64,000 nt of DNA from Verrucomicrobiales bacterium (GTDB taxonomy: Bacteria > Verrucomicrobiota > Verrucomicrobiia > Limisphaerales > UBA11320): assembly GCA_016793885.1 (NCBI GenBank), contig JAEUHE010000079.1, positions 36,234 through 100,233 on the forward strand, read 5' to 3'. Made by a program: the position numbers and the translations under genes. Within the stretch, counting starts at the first letter, position 1. Every line of letters starts with the position of its first letter. The notes beneath the pieces are model-generated. The model was not told the origin of the DNA and searched no databases. It saw only the letters and a program-made list of their open reading frames with translations. This document shows positions 49,956 to 60,037 of this stretch, piece after piece.

Positions 49956-51170
49956 ATGAATTGGCACCCCTCCTCAGCCTGCCTGCTCCTCAGCCTGCTC
50001 GTCTGTGTTCAAGCCGAGGACACTTCGAAAACCACGGCCAGGGGTTCGGGAGCGAGACCGGAACCAGCCCATGCGCGCCGTTGGCCCGGAGTGGTCTACT
50101 GGCAGGATCGTATTCCGGACGAGCCGTGGTCTGTGCACGTCGTTAAGATTGACCGCGCGCAACCGGATCTAAAGCTCGTCACCGGCTTGGCTCGAAACAC
50201 GGTGGTCGGCCTGGCAACTCTGGGGAGCATGATTCGATCGGTTCCCAAGGACTGGGGAAAACCCATCGCCGGGATCAACGGTGATTTTTACGAGGTCGAC
50301 CGCGGTTCGTTCGCCGGAGATCCGCGCGGAATCCAGATCCTCAACGGCGAACTGGTCAGCGGCCCTGGAGATCAGATGGCATTCTGGATCGATGCAGCCG
50401 GCCAGCCCCACGTCCAGACCATTGTCTCGCGGTTCAGCCTCACCTGGCCCGACGGATCCAAATCCCCCCTCAAGATCAACGAGCAACGCGGCATGAAGGA
50501 GGTCGTGCTCTATACTCCTCGTCTGGGCACCAGCACCAGGGCTCCAGGAGGCCGGGAGGTAGTTTTGGAGGCCGAAGGCGAAGGACCATGGCTGCCCCTC
50601 GCGGCCGCCAAGGACTACCGAGCCAGGATTATCAGCATCAACGACAACGGTGACACCCCCCTTCAGCCAGGCAAACTCGTCTTGTCGTTCGGACAGAAAG
50701 TGACCCGGTCGGCCGGACTGGCGGTCGGAGCGACAGTGTTACTCTCCACCTCCACGGAGCCGGAGTTGACCGGGGTCCAGATGGCTATCGGAGGTGGGAA
50801 TCACATGGTGCAGGGCGGCAAGGCCCAGACGTTCGATATGCCCGCGGGGGGAGCCTACAAGTATCGGTCGGTCGTGGAACGTCACCCACGCTCGGCCGTG
50901 GGATTCAACGCCACCCATCTCTTTCTGGTGCAGGTGGACGGACGCCAGCCGGAGCTTTCGGTCGGAATGACGCTTGAGGAGCTGGGAAGATACATGCAAC
51001 GACTCGGATGCCAAGAAGCCATCAATCTGGATGGCGGAGCCTCCTCGACGCTCTGGCTGGACGGAAAAGTGGTGAACAGCCCATCCAGCGGCGGCGAGCG
51101 CGACATCGGCAACTCGCTCATCCTGCTCCGGAAACCTGCCCCGCTCCCGGAGAGCCGAGTCGGCCCCTAG
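49956..51170 (+). CDS. Phosphodiester glycosidase family protein (DUF2233/NAGPA-like), secreted
   Basis: Signal peptide. C-terminal conserved block AVGFNATHLFLVQVDGRQ...INLDGGASSTLWLDGKVVN typical of the NAGPA/uncovering-enzyme domain. Confidence 0.75.
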   Translation: MNWHPSSACLLLSLLVCVQAEDTSKTTARGSGARPEPAHARRWPGVVYWQDRIPDEPWSVHVVKIDRAQPDLKLVTGLARNTVVGLATLGSMIRSVPKDWGKPIAGINGDFYEVDRGSFAGDPRGIQILNGELVSGPGDQMAFWIDAAGQPHVQTIVSRFSLTWPDGSKSPLKINEQRGMKEVVLYTPRLGTSTRAPGGREVVLEAEGEGPWLPLAAAKDYRARIISINDNGDTPLQPGKLVLSFGQKVTRSAGLAVGATVLLSTSTEPELTGVQMAIGGGNHMVQGGKAQTFDMPAGGAYKYRSVVERHPRSAVGFNATHLFLVQVDGRQPELSVGMTLEELGRYMQRLGCQEAINLDGGASSTLWLDGKVVNSPSSGGERDIGNSLILLRKPAPLPESRVGP

Positions 51171-53863
51171 CAGGCCGTCGGACTCGGACCTTCGAGGGGA
51201 ATCAACCGTTTTCGAGGAGCGTCCCACTCCATGCGCTGCATGCGATGGCCCCGAGCCACCTCATCCAGAAACGCGGCGACTAGCCGCTGAAGATCCTTTT
51301 TCTCCTGCTCAAGCCACCAGGCCAGGATGGGAAGGGTGAGCAGCACCAGCCAAATCCAGGGAAAATCGGTCTGCATGACTCCGATGACCAGCAGCTCGAT
51401 GGCGAGAAAACTGGCAAGCAGAAGTTTGGCCGGAAGAGACATCAGCGGGCGGAGCCGACAACGCACCAAGCCCGGCAGTATGCCCTCGGAAACCGTGGTG
51501 ATCTGACACTGGCTCCAACGGTTTCCATAAATTTCCACATCATAATCGTTCCAGCCTTGATCCGTCTTGCTCTGCCATCCCTGCTGATCCAGACAGCGCA
51601 GCACGGTTGCCAGAAACGTGTGACGATCGATTCCAGCATCGGACCAGTAGCAGGCTTGATCCAACGATGTCGTCCGGGGCAACCGTTCCAAAGCTTCGTG
51701 CTGGGTCCAGCTCTCCGGAGGCGAATTGGGAACGCCGATACGACCTCGATACCGGGCAAACCCGCGAACAATCGGCTGCAGAAAGAAGAGGAGCCCAACC
51801 AAAGGCTTGGACCAAAGCCGCGACTTATCCACCGGCAACTCCGCCTGCGCCCCCGCCAGCACACAAACACCGAAGGTCAGCAGAATCGCCGCACACGCCA
51901 GGGGAAGCACCGGAGGGAACGCAACCGAGAGCACCAGCAGAGGCAAAGTAACCCCAAAATGATATTCGATGCTGATGAAGAATCCCAACACCGCCGCAGG
52001 CTGGGCCTCATACAGCGTTTGGAACAAACCCGTGCCGAACGGCCCCCGATAGATCATCGCGGGCCGGAACAGGATTCCCAGTTTCGCCGGCGCATAGATC
52101 CGCCCACGCCAGATGCTCGCCCCGATGGAATTGAAATTCTCCGGGTGCTTGCGAACAAGCAGCGCTTCCGCCTCTCCATAACCACGCTGTTGCTTGAGAT
52201 ACGCGCCCAGCGTGGAACGACGATAGTGCCAGACAAATCCGGCGGAGCTAAAACCGATGCGATATCCCCTCTGCTGCAAGCGCCAGCAGACGTCGACATC
52301 GTCGCCCGCCAGGCGAAAAATGGGATCGAAGCCCAAAATCTCTTCCAACGCCCACTTGTAGAACACCATGTTGCACCCGGGAATGTGCTCAGCCAGAGTG
52401 TCGTCCAACATCACGTGCGCCGGCCCACCAGGGGAGGCCATCACCGCAGCAGCGACTGGGGAATCGTCCGGAGGCAGCAGATTATGTCCGCCCATGCCTA
52501 CGAAACCGTCCGCCAGCAGGTCCCCCACAATATAGTGAAGCCAGTCCTCATCCACGCGGCAATCGGCATCGGTGAACGCCACGATCTCTCCACGGGCAAC
52601 TCGAATCCCCGTATTTCGAGCGAAGGAGAGTCCCTGGTTGATATGCCGCTCATACCGCACGGTCTTGTAAAGCTGGGCAATCAGCGGCGTGCTGTCGGTC
52701 GATCCGTCGTCCACCAGAATGATCTCCACATTCGGGTAGTTCAAGGTGAGCAGCGAATCCAGGCAGGCTTTGAGCGTTTTGGCTCCGTTGTAACACGCGA
52801 CCACCACCGACACGAGCGGGTAGCGAGGCAAGGGAAAGTAAGGGGCCTTGAGGAACCCCTCGCGCACCGCCTCATACGAGGGCCGCGGTTCCCGATCCGC
52901 CGCCGTCAGTCCAAAGTTCCACCCCTCCACCTGCCGTCCGTCCTTGTACCAGTCGTCGGTAAAGCTGAAGAGGATGGTTCCCGCCAATCCCGAGCGAAAC
53001 ACCAGCTCGATCTGCCAGGCGAGGATGCGACACTTGGCGGCTTCGCCCTCCCGCAGCGAATCGATCCCGAATTCTCCAATGATCAGCGGCTTGGAATCCG
53101 CGATCATCTGCAGTCGGGCGAGGTAATTCTGAAACGGCTGGGGATGGTGAAGATAAACGTTGTAACAAAGAAAATCCAACTGACGCGGCCGCAAAAACTC
53201 CGTCGGGGGATAGTTCGCGAACGTGCAGAGGCAGTCCGGATCGATCGCCTTGGCCTCCGCGATCAGCAGATCAATGAAATCCTCCACCGCCCGCGCCCCG
53301 CTCCAGCGAACGATGTCCGCGGGAACCTCGTTCACCAGGCTAAAGGCGAAAACCGCCGGATGCCCCGCACAATGCTCCACGGCTTGACGAACCGCCGCAC
53401 ACGCTTCCTGCTGCGGCAGCGGATGGTCCAAGAAACACAGATGCTTGCTCCAAGGAATATCGACCAGCAGCTTGAGTTGAAACTCGTCCGCCAAGTCCAG
53501 CAGCCAACGAGGCGGAACATGATAAACTCGGATCAGGTTCGCGTTGAGGCGGCGAATCAACGCGAAATCCTGGCGCGTTCGCTCAGGGTCGGCAAAGGGC
53601 TCTCCTGCGGAGTTGGGAGCGAAGGGGCCATAGGTCACACCACGGGGATGGAATTTCCCGGCATCCAGCCGAAAAGACTTTCCATCCACCCTCACCCGAT
53701 GGGCTAAACTGTGGTTGCCACCCATGAGTCTCAGACTGCACTGGAAAAATGATTCATGAACAAGAAAGGGCTTCATAGCAGACAACCCTTCCAGGAGCAA
53801 GTCGCTGTCACACAGGTCCATCGTCCATGGATTCGGGGGTGATTGGAAACGGGTGAGATCCAA
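51167..53863 (-). CDS. Fusion protein: N-terminal clan GH-A TIM-barrel glycoside hydrolase-like domain, family 2 glycosyltransferase, and a C-terminal polytopic membrane domain
   Basis: The GH-A acid/base LVNEV and nucleophile IIGEFG are present. GT2 motifs are VSVVVACYNGAKTL, ILVDDGSTDST, FTDADC and a QxxRW-like region. About 8 hydrophobic helices lie at the C-terminus. Confidence 0.75.
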   Translation of the reverse strand: MDLTRFQSPPNPWTMDLCDSDLLLEGLSAMKPFLVHESFFQCSLRLMGGNHSLAHRVRVDGKSFRLDAGKFHPRGVTYGPFAPNSAGEPFADPERTRQDFALIRRLNANLIRVYHVPPRWLLDLADEFQLKLLVDIPWSKHLCFLDHPLPQQEACAAVRQAVEHCAGHPAVFAFSLVNEVPADIVRWSGARAVEDFIDLLIAEAKAIDPDCLCTFANYPPTEFLRPRQLDFLCYNVYLHHPQPFQNYLARLQMIADSKPLIIGEFGIDSLREGEAAKCRILAWQIELVFRSGLAGTILFSFTDDWYKDGRQVEGWNFGLTAADREPRPSYEAVREGFLKAPYFPLPRYPLVSVVVACYNGAKTLKACLDSLLTLNYPNVEIILVDDGSTDSTPLIAQLYKTVRYERHINQGLSFARNTGIRVARGEIVAFTDADCRVDEDWLHYIVGDLLADGFVGMGGHNLLPPDDSPVAAAVMASPGGPAHVMLDDTLAEHIPGCNMVFYKWALEEILGFDPIFRLAGDDVDVCWRLQQRGYRIGFSSAGFVWHYRRSTLGAYLKQQRGYGEAEALLVRKHPENFNSIGASIWRGRIYAPAKLGILFRPAMIYRGPFGTGLFQTLYEAQPAAVLGFFISIEYHFGVTLPLLVLSVAFPPVLPLACAAILLTFGVCVLAGAQAELPVDKSRLWSKPLVGLLFFLQPIVRGFARYRGRIGVPNSPPESWTQHEALERLPRTTSLDQACYWSDAGIDRHTFLATVLRCLDQQGWQSKTDQGWNDYDVEIYGNRWSQCQITTVSEGILPGLVRCRLRPLMSLPAKLLLASFLAIELLVIGVMQTDFPWIWLVLLTLPILAWWLEQEKKDLQRLVAAFLDEVARGHRMQRMEWDAPRKRLIPLEGPSPTAC

Positions 53864-53932
53864 AGCCTGCTCCGCGTGACGAGGCAGGTCGAAACCCCTT
53901 GCAAATCCGGAGCTCTTCAGGATCCTGGCCGA

Positions 53933-54421
53933 ATGTCACAGCCAGCGCACTTGATCCATCTCGGGCCGGCGGAAGGCCAATCATTCTCCGCAGTAGGGGA
54001 CGTTTACCGCATCCTCGCGTCCGGAGACCAGACTGGAGGCTCCCACGTGCTGGTCGAGGCCAAGGTGCCCCCCGGGGGCGGACCTCCGCCGCATATTCAT
54101 CATCGAGAGGATGAATCTTTTTACGTCGTGGAAGGCGAAATCACCTTCCAGATCGACGGCAAACGCGTGGTGGCAGGTCCGGGAAGCTTCCTCCAAGGCC
54201 CGCGCGGTATCCCACACGCCTTCAGGAACGAGACGGCTAAACCGGCACGAATGCTGATCTTAGTGGTTCCGCCAGGATTCGACAAATTCATCGAGGAGTT
54301 CGCTCATCCCTTGGCCTCCTTCGATTCGCCCGCCGTGCCAGTCAGTCCTGAAGAGATCGCCAAACTTGCCGCCGCGGCTCCCAAATATGGCATCGAACTG
54401 CTCCCCCCGCCTCAAAACTAA
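53933..54421 (+). CDS. Cupin domain protein
   Basis: Cupin motifs PPHIHHREDESFYVVEGE and PRGIPHAF. The ATG at 53933 is preferred. Confidence 0.7.
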   Translation: MSQPAHLIHLGPAEGQSFSAVGDVYRILASGDQTGGSHVLVEAKVPPGGGPPPHIHHREDESFYVVEGEITFQIDGKRVVAGPGSFLQGPRGIPHAFRNETAKPARMLILVVPPGFDKFIEEFAHPLASFDSPAVPVSPEEIAKLAAAAPKYGIELLPPPQN

Positions 54422-54462
54422 GTTGACGCACCCGCCTTCACCGCTAGGATGCGCGGCGCTGA

Positions 54463-55545
<1,083 letters not shown>

Positions 55546-55565
55546 GCCAAACTGACGTTTTCACC

Positions 55566-55599
55566 GGGCGAGGGGCATCAACACCCCTCGCCCTTTTTT
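55566..55599 (+). terminator. Rho-independent terminator after gap
   Basis: gggcgagggg-catcaaca-cccctcgccc followed by TTTTTT. Confidence 0.75.
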
Positions 55600-55753
55600 G
55601 TTGGATCGGTCGGCTGCCAGTGCCTGGAGCGATACGGCCGCAAAGTAAGGAGTTCCGCCGTCAGGCGGTTCCCCAGACAACCATCCCAAGCGCAGGGGTA
55701 GACCTCGATCAACTCAGTCCGTTCGGTTCACTCAACCGCTTCTCACAAACCTG

Positions 55754-56377
55754 ATGTTTACTGGAATCATCGAAGAACTCGGCCAAATCGCCTGGATCCG
55801 CCCGGGATCCTCAGGAATCAAACTGGGGATTCGTGCCCGCAAAACCGCGAAAGGGGTCAAACTGGGCGACAGCATCGCGGTCAACGGTTGCTGCCTCACG
55901 GTGGCTCGCGTTCAGCGTCAGACCCGAGGAACCGTTTGGACTTTCGATCTGCTGCAGGAAACTTGGGATCGCACCAATCTCAAAGACGCGGTCGCGGGAC
56001 AAGGCGTCAACCTCGAACGTTCCATGGCTGCGAACGGCCGCTTCGGCGGACACTTTGTCACGGGTCACATTGATGGGGTGGGCCGGATCACGAGATGGGA
56101 GCGCAAAGGTGCGGACCACGTGCTCGAGGTGGAAGCTCCCGCGTCCATCCGACCCTACCTCGTCGAAAAAGGTTCGGTTGCGGTGGACGGAATCAGCCTG
56201 ACCGTCGCCGCGGTCTCTCCACAGGGGTTTCGCATCTGGATTATTCCACACACCTTCGATGTCACTTCCTTGCGGGAGCGCAGCGTGGGATCGCCCGTGA
56301 ACCTGGAAGCCGACCTCCTGGGCAAATATATCGCACGCTTTATCGAAGCCCGTGACGCAAACTCCTCTAATCGTTGA
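55754..56377 (+). CDS. ribE: Riboflavin synthase (alpha subunit)
   Basis: MFTGIIEELG N-terminus and a two-lumazine-binding-repeat architecture, 207 aa. Confidence 0.9.
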   Translation: MFTGIIEELGQIAWIRPGSSGIKLGIRARKTAKGVKLGDSIAVNGCCLTVARVQRQTRGTVWTFDLLQETWDRTNLKDAVAGQGVNLERSMAANGRFGGHFVTGHIDGVGRITRWERKGADHVLEVEAPASIRPYLVEKGSVAVDGISLTVAAVSPQGFRIWIIPHTFDVTSLRERSVGSPVNLEADLLGKYIARFIEARDANSSNR

Positions 56378-56559
56378 GTATCGGGAAACGTGCCAAATGC
56401 CTTAAGTTTCTTTCGGCATTTGACGATGGAAGGGATGGCGTCGGGCAGTGTGTGTTTCTGTTCTCATGTGGCTTTCCTGTTTGAAAGCCCACCGACGCTC
56501 CTTTTCCTCCGCCTTTGCAAACCCGAAGGCGGAGGAAAGGGTTTTCCCCGGGTTAAAGC

Positions 56560-57318
56560 CTAAGCCGTCCGATTGAAAGCAACTGCATCGGCATACTTCA
56601 CGCCGGAGCCTCCAAAGATATCGAGCGCGGAGCCGATGGTTAGGTGGACCTTCCCCTGCCCCAAGCGCGAGACGGTAGCCAGATCTTCAATCGAGTTCGC
56701 ACCACCGGCATACGTGAGGGGGATGGTGGTCCAGTCGCCCAAAAGTCGAACGAGTTCGAGGTCAATTCCACGACAGAGCCCCTCGACGTCGGCGGCATGA
56801 ATCAAGAACTCAGCGCAGGATCCCGACAGCTCTAGCAGCAACTCACGCGACAGAGTTTGGTCGGTGAAGGTCTGCCACCGATCGGTGACCACCCAGTATT
56901 TCGAATCGCGCATCCGGCAGCTCAGGTCGAGCACCAACCGTTCGCGGCCGACTCGCTTCACCAAGGATCGAAGTCGCTCTCGATCGATCCGTCCCTGCCG
57001 GAACACCCACGAGGTTACGATCACATGCGAAGCGCCGCTGTCCAGCCAGGCGAGGCAGTTCTCCTCCTGTATGCCGCCTCCCACCTGAAGTCCGCCGGGG
57101 TAGGCGGCTAATGCCTCACGAGCGGGGGCTTCGTTGCCCGCGCCAAGCATGATGACATGCCCACCGGTCAACCCGTCGCGGCGGTACAGATCGGCATACC
57201 AAGAAGCCGGCCGGTCGGACACAAAGTTGGTGCGCAACTGGGCGGCAGCATCGGTCAGCGTGCCGCCGACGATCTGCTTCACCTTGCCTTCGTGCAAGTC
57301 AATGCAGGGACGAAACAT
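56560..57318 (-). CDS. hisA: 1-(5-phosphoribosyl)-5-[(5-phosphoribosylamino)methylideneamino]imidazole-4-carboxamide isomerase, His6-type HisA
   Basis: MFRPCIDLHEGKVKQIVGGTLTD matches the His6/HisA N-terminus. The C-terminus has a (beta-alpha)8 phosphate-binding GG motif. Confidence 0.8.
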   Translation of the reverse strand: MFRPCIDLHEGKVKQIVGGTLTDAAAQLRTNFVSDRPASWYADLYRRDGLTGGHVIMLGAGNEAPAREALAAYPGGLQVGGGIQEENCLAWLDSGASHVIVTSWVFRQGRIDRERLRSLVKRVGRERLVLDLSCRMRDSKYWVVTDRWQTFTDQTLSRELLLELSGSCAEFLIHAADVEGLCRGIDLELVRLLGDWTTIPLTYAGGANSIEDLATVSRLGQGKVHLTIGSALDIFGGSGVKYADAVAFNRTA

Positions 57319-57415
57319 AGTCCCATGTTCCTCGGGGCCCAGCCAAAAAGTCGAGCGGAGAGTTGTCACCTACTTTTTGCTTCTCCGGCCGCGCTTCCGG
57401 GGGCATCTTTCGGAC

Positions 57416-58294
57416 ATGGCACTCTCAGGAGATGAGCTCAGAATGTTGGTCCGGATGGCACTGAAGGAAGATGTCGGCACTGGGGACGTCACAACTGCGG
57501 CGTTAGTGCCCCCCAAGGCCACCACCTCCGCCATCATGGTGGCACGCGAACCCTTGACCGTCTGCGGGTTGGAGATGGCGGAATTGACGTTCCGAGAACT
57601 GGGGCCAGGAATCCAGATCGTGCGCTGTTCTACCGATGGCGAGGCGGTAGAGAAAGGTCGAACCTTGCTCAAGATCAGCGGCCCCACCGCCCCGATCTTG
57701 ACGGCCGAACGGGTGGCCCTGAATTTCGTCCAACGGCTATCGGGAGTTGCCACCCTGACCGCGCGATACGTGCAGGCGGCAGCTGGCACCAAAGCGCAAA
57801 TCCTGGATACCAGGAAGACCACACCAGGCCTGCGGCGGCTGGAGAAATATGCCGTCTCCTGCGGCGGGGGGAAAAATCACCGCATGGGACTCTATGACAT
57901 GATCCTCATCAAGGACAACCATGTGGCAGCCCTGAAGACCGAATCGGACAAGCCGATCCGTTTGGCCATTCGACGGGCTCGGGAGTCGGACCCCTACATG
58001 AAGATAGAAGTGGAGGCCGATACGCTCGACCAAGTGCAGCAAGCCGTAGAGGGCGGAGCCAACATCATCCTGTTGGACAATATGGACACCGAAACCATCC
58101 GTGCCGCCATCCGACTCACTCAAGGTCGCGCCAAGACCGAGGCAAGCGGGGGCGTGAACCTGGAAACCGTGCGCGCCATCGCCGAAACGGGGGTCGACTT
58201 CATCTCGGTTGGTGCCCTGACGCACTCCGCCCGAAGCATGGACATCGCGCTCGATTTCATCGAAGGGGCGCATGGGGCGAATATCGAAGTTTGA
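57416..58294 (+). CDS. nadC: Nicotinate-nucleotide pyrophosphorylase (carboxylating)
   Basis: ALKEDVGTGDVTT, LDTRKTTPGLR and ILLDNM quinolinate phosphoribosyltransferase motifs. 292 aa from the ATG at 57416. Confidence 0.88.
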   Translation: MALSGDELRMLVRMALKEDVGTGDVTTAALVPPKATTSAIMVAREPLTVCGLEMAELTFRELGPGIQIVRCSTDGEAVEKGRTLLKISGPTAPILTAERVALNFVQRLSGVATLTARYVQAAAGTKAQILDTRKTTPGLRRLEKYAVSCGGGKNHRMGLYDMILIKDNHVAALKTESDKPIRLAIRRARESDPYMKIEVEADTLDQVQQAVEGGANIILLDNMDTETIRAAIRLTQGRAKTEASGGVNLETVRAIAETGVDFISVGALTHSARSMDIALDFIEGAHGANIEV

Positions 58295-58357
58295 ATCGCT
58301 GCGATTTCCTTGCCAAAACGCTTGGCTATGACAGGTTAGCTGTCACAATAAACGACT

Positions 58358-58696
58358 ATGGAAAAGCCTAAGATTATCGCCTATCTCAAACCTTCGTGTG
58401 GCTGGAGCATGGGTGTGCGTGCCATTCTCAAAAAGCATGAGCTTCCCTACGAGGATCGAGACATCATCAATGACCCTTCGCAGCGGCAGGAAATGATCGA
58501 AAAGAGCGGCCAAATGCTCAGTCCTTGTGTGGAAATCAACGGCAAGATGCTGCCGGACATCAGCGGCGAGGAAGTGGAGGCATACCTGCTGGCGCACAAA
58601 CTGGTGCAGCCCAACGATCGCAAGCCGGAGGCTCCGATCAATCAGCCTTGCGCTCACGAGATACCGGCCCCTTCGGCCCTGAACTTCAAAAGGTAA
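58358..58696 (+). CDS. Glutaredoxin-like thioredoxin-fold protein with a monothiol CxxS motif (SCGWS)
   Basis: KIIAYLKPSCGWSMGVRAIL...DIINDP...EINGKML resembles a Grx/NrdH fold, but with CGWS rather than CPYC. Confidence 0.6.
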   Translation: MEKPKIIAYLKPSCGWSMGVRAILKKHELPYEDRDIINDPSQRQEMIEKSGQMLSPCVEINGKMLPDISGEEVEAYLLAHKLVQPNDRKPEAPINQPCAHEIPAPSALNFKR

Positions 58697-58712
58697 TCCC
58701 GAGAAAACAAAG

Positions 58713-58800
58713 TGGCGGAGAGAGTGGGATTTGAACCCACGGTAGTGTTACCTACGCACGCTTTCCAGGCGTGTGCCTTAAACCACTCAGCCATCTCTCC
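58713..58800 (-). tRNA. tRNA-Ser (anticodon GGA), long variable arm; CCA encoded
   Basis: The reverse complement reads GGAGAGATGGCTGAGTGG...CACGC-CTGGAAA-GCGTG...GGTTCAAATCCCACTCTCTCCGCCA. It has a 7-bp acceptor stem, a TPsiC loop GGTTCAAATCC, and anticodon loop CTGGAAA. Confidence 0.9.
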
Positions 58801-58866
58801 ACCGAGGAGCGGATAATCTGCCGGACCGACGGGTCGCCTGCAAGTATTTTGGAGAGAATCCTGACA

Positions 58867-59059
58867 GGCGAACACGGAGTGCGGCAGTCCTCTGCCCCCT
58901 TGGTCTTCCTCAGCGGAGCTGGGATCCCCCTCCGGGGGTCGTGAAAAGCTGTAGAGGGCTACAGCACTCCAAGACGCTCCGCGAGGACGCTAACCCCTAT
59001 GGAGTGCGGCAGCCCTCTGCCGCTTTCGTCCACCTAGCGGAGCTGGGATCCCCCTCCCA
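58867..59059. repeat. Two imperfect ~60-bp direct repeats (period 135 bp) adjacent to tRNA-Ser
   Basis: ggagtgcggcag(t/c)cctctgcc ... agcggagctgggatccccctcc occurs at 58867-58934 and again at 59002-59059. Confidence 0.6.
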
Positions 59060-59128
59060 CCTCCACGGCCGCCTTCTACGAATTTAGGTTGAATCTGCCT
59101 GCTCAAGCTTCCAAACTCACTGCCTCTC

Positions 59129-59851
59129 ATGGGTGCTCAATGGAAACAAGCCGGTCGTGAAGCCAATGCCCAAAAAAAGGGGCAGATGGTGGTCAAATTG
59201 GTACGTGAAATCATGGTCGCTGCCAAATTGGGTGGCGCCGACCCCGATCTGAACGCACGGCTCGCGGCGGCGGTCGAGAAGGCCCGGAAAAGCTCGGTCA
59301 CACGCGACACCATCGAACGCGCGATCAAGAAAGGTGCGGGGCTAACCGAAGAGAAAGTAATCTTCGAACAGGTTACCTACGAAGGGTTTGCACCCCACAA
59401 AGTTCCAGTCGTCGTGGAATGCCTGACCGACAACCGCAACCGAACTGCCCCCGAGATTCGCAACCTCTTTAAGGCCGGATCCCTCGGTCAGCCCGGCAGT
59501 GTCGCCTTCTTCTTCAACCATTGCGGGGTAGTGGAAGGCAACCATCCCGATGCCCAACGAGACGCCGAGGGAGATGCCATCGAGTGCGGCGCCCAAGAGA
59601 TCGAACCGCTCGAGGCGGAGGAGACCCCGGAAGGCACCAAAGGGGCCCGCTTTATTGCGGCCATCAAAGATCTGGATTCGGTGTCCAAGGCGCTCAAAGC
59701 CGCAGGCTGGAAAGTCACCGCCTCTGAAATCCGTTACGTGGCCAAGAACTTTACGGAACTGAGCGACACGGCCCGCAAGGAGGTCATCGAATTCTTAAAC
59801 GAACTCGACGATCACGACGACGTCCAGCACGTCTACGCGGCCATGAAATAG
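59129..59851 (+). CDS. yebC: YebC/PmpR family DNA-binding transcriptional regulator
   Basis: N-terminus KWANIKHRK-like (WKQAGREANAQKKGQMVVKLVREI) and the three-domain YebC pattern, 240 aa. Confidence 0.9.
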   Translation: MGAQWKQAGREANAQKKGQMVVKLVREIMVAAKLGGADPDLNARLAAAVEKARKSSVTRDTIERAIKKGAGLTEEKVIFEQVTYEGFAPHKVPVVVECLTDNRNRTAPEIRNLFKAGSLGQPGSVAFFFNHCGVVEGNHPDAQRDAEGDAIECGAQEIEPLEAEETPEGTKGARFIAAIKDLDSVSKALKAAGWKVTASEIRYVAKNFTELSDTARKEVIEFLNELDDHDDVQHVYAAMK

Positions 59852-60037
59852 GGAGCAGAAGCGCGAGTGCGCTCCCGCGCTGCGGTCAGCTCTCGATGAA
59901 GTCTTTGCTCTCCGCGCTCTCCGCGCCTCCGCGAGAGATTCCGGCGGAACGTCAGTTCTCCGCAACAGCGGAGCCCGACCAGGTTCATGGCCCCGATTCA
60001 CGTCCGCTCTTCGGAGGTGGCCCCTCTCCACGATCAC

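Noticed and set aside
51557-53707. 716-aa plus-strand ORF
   Set aside because: It is antisense to the GH/GT2 fusion. It is extremely Arg-rich (RRRLG, RQQ...) and non-protein-like.
58867-59059. Possible CRISPR array
   Set aside because: There are only two imperfect repeats of about 60 bp with a 135-bp period. There is no regular spacer/repeat alternation and no cas genes in the window. I recorded it as a direct repeat instead.
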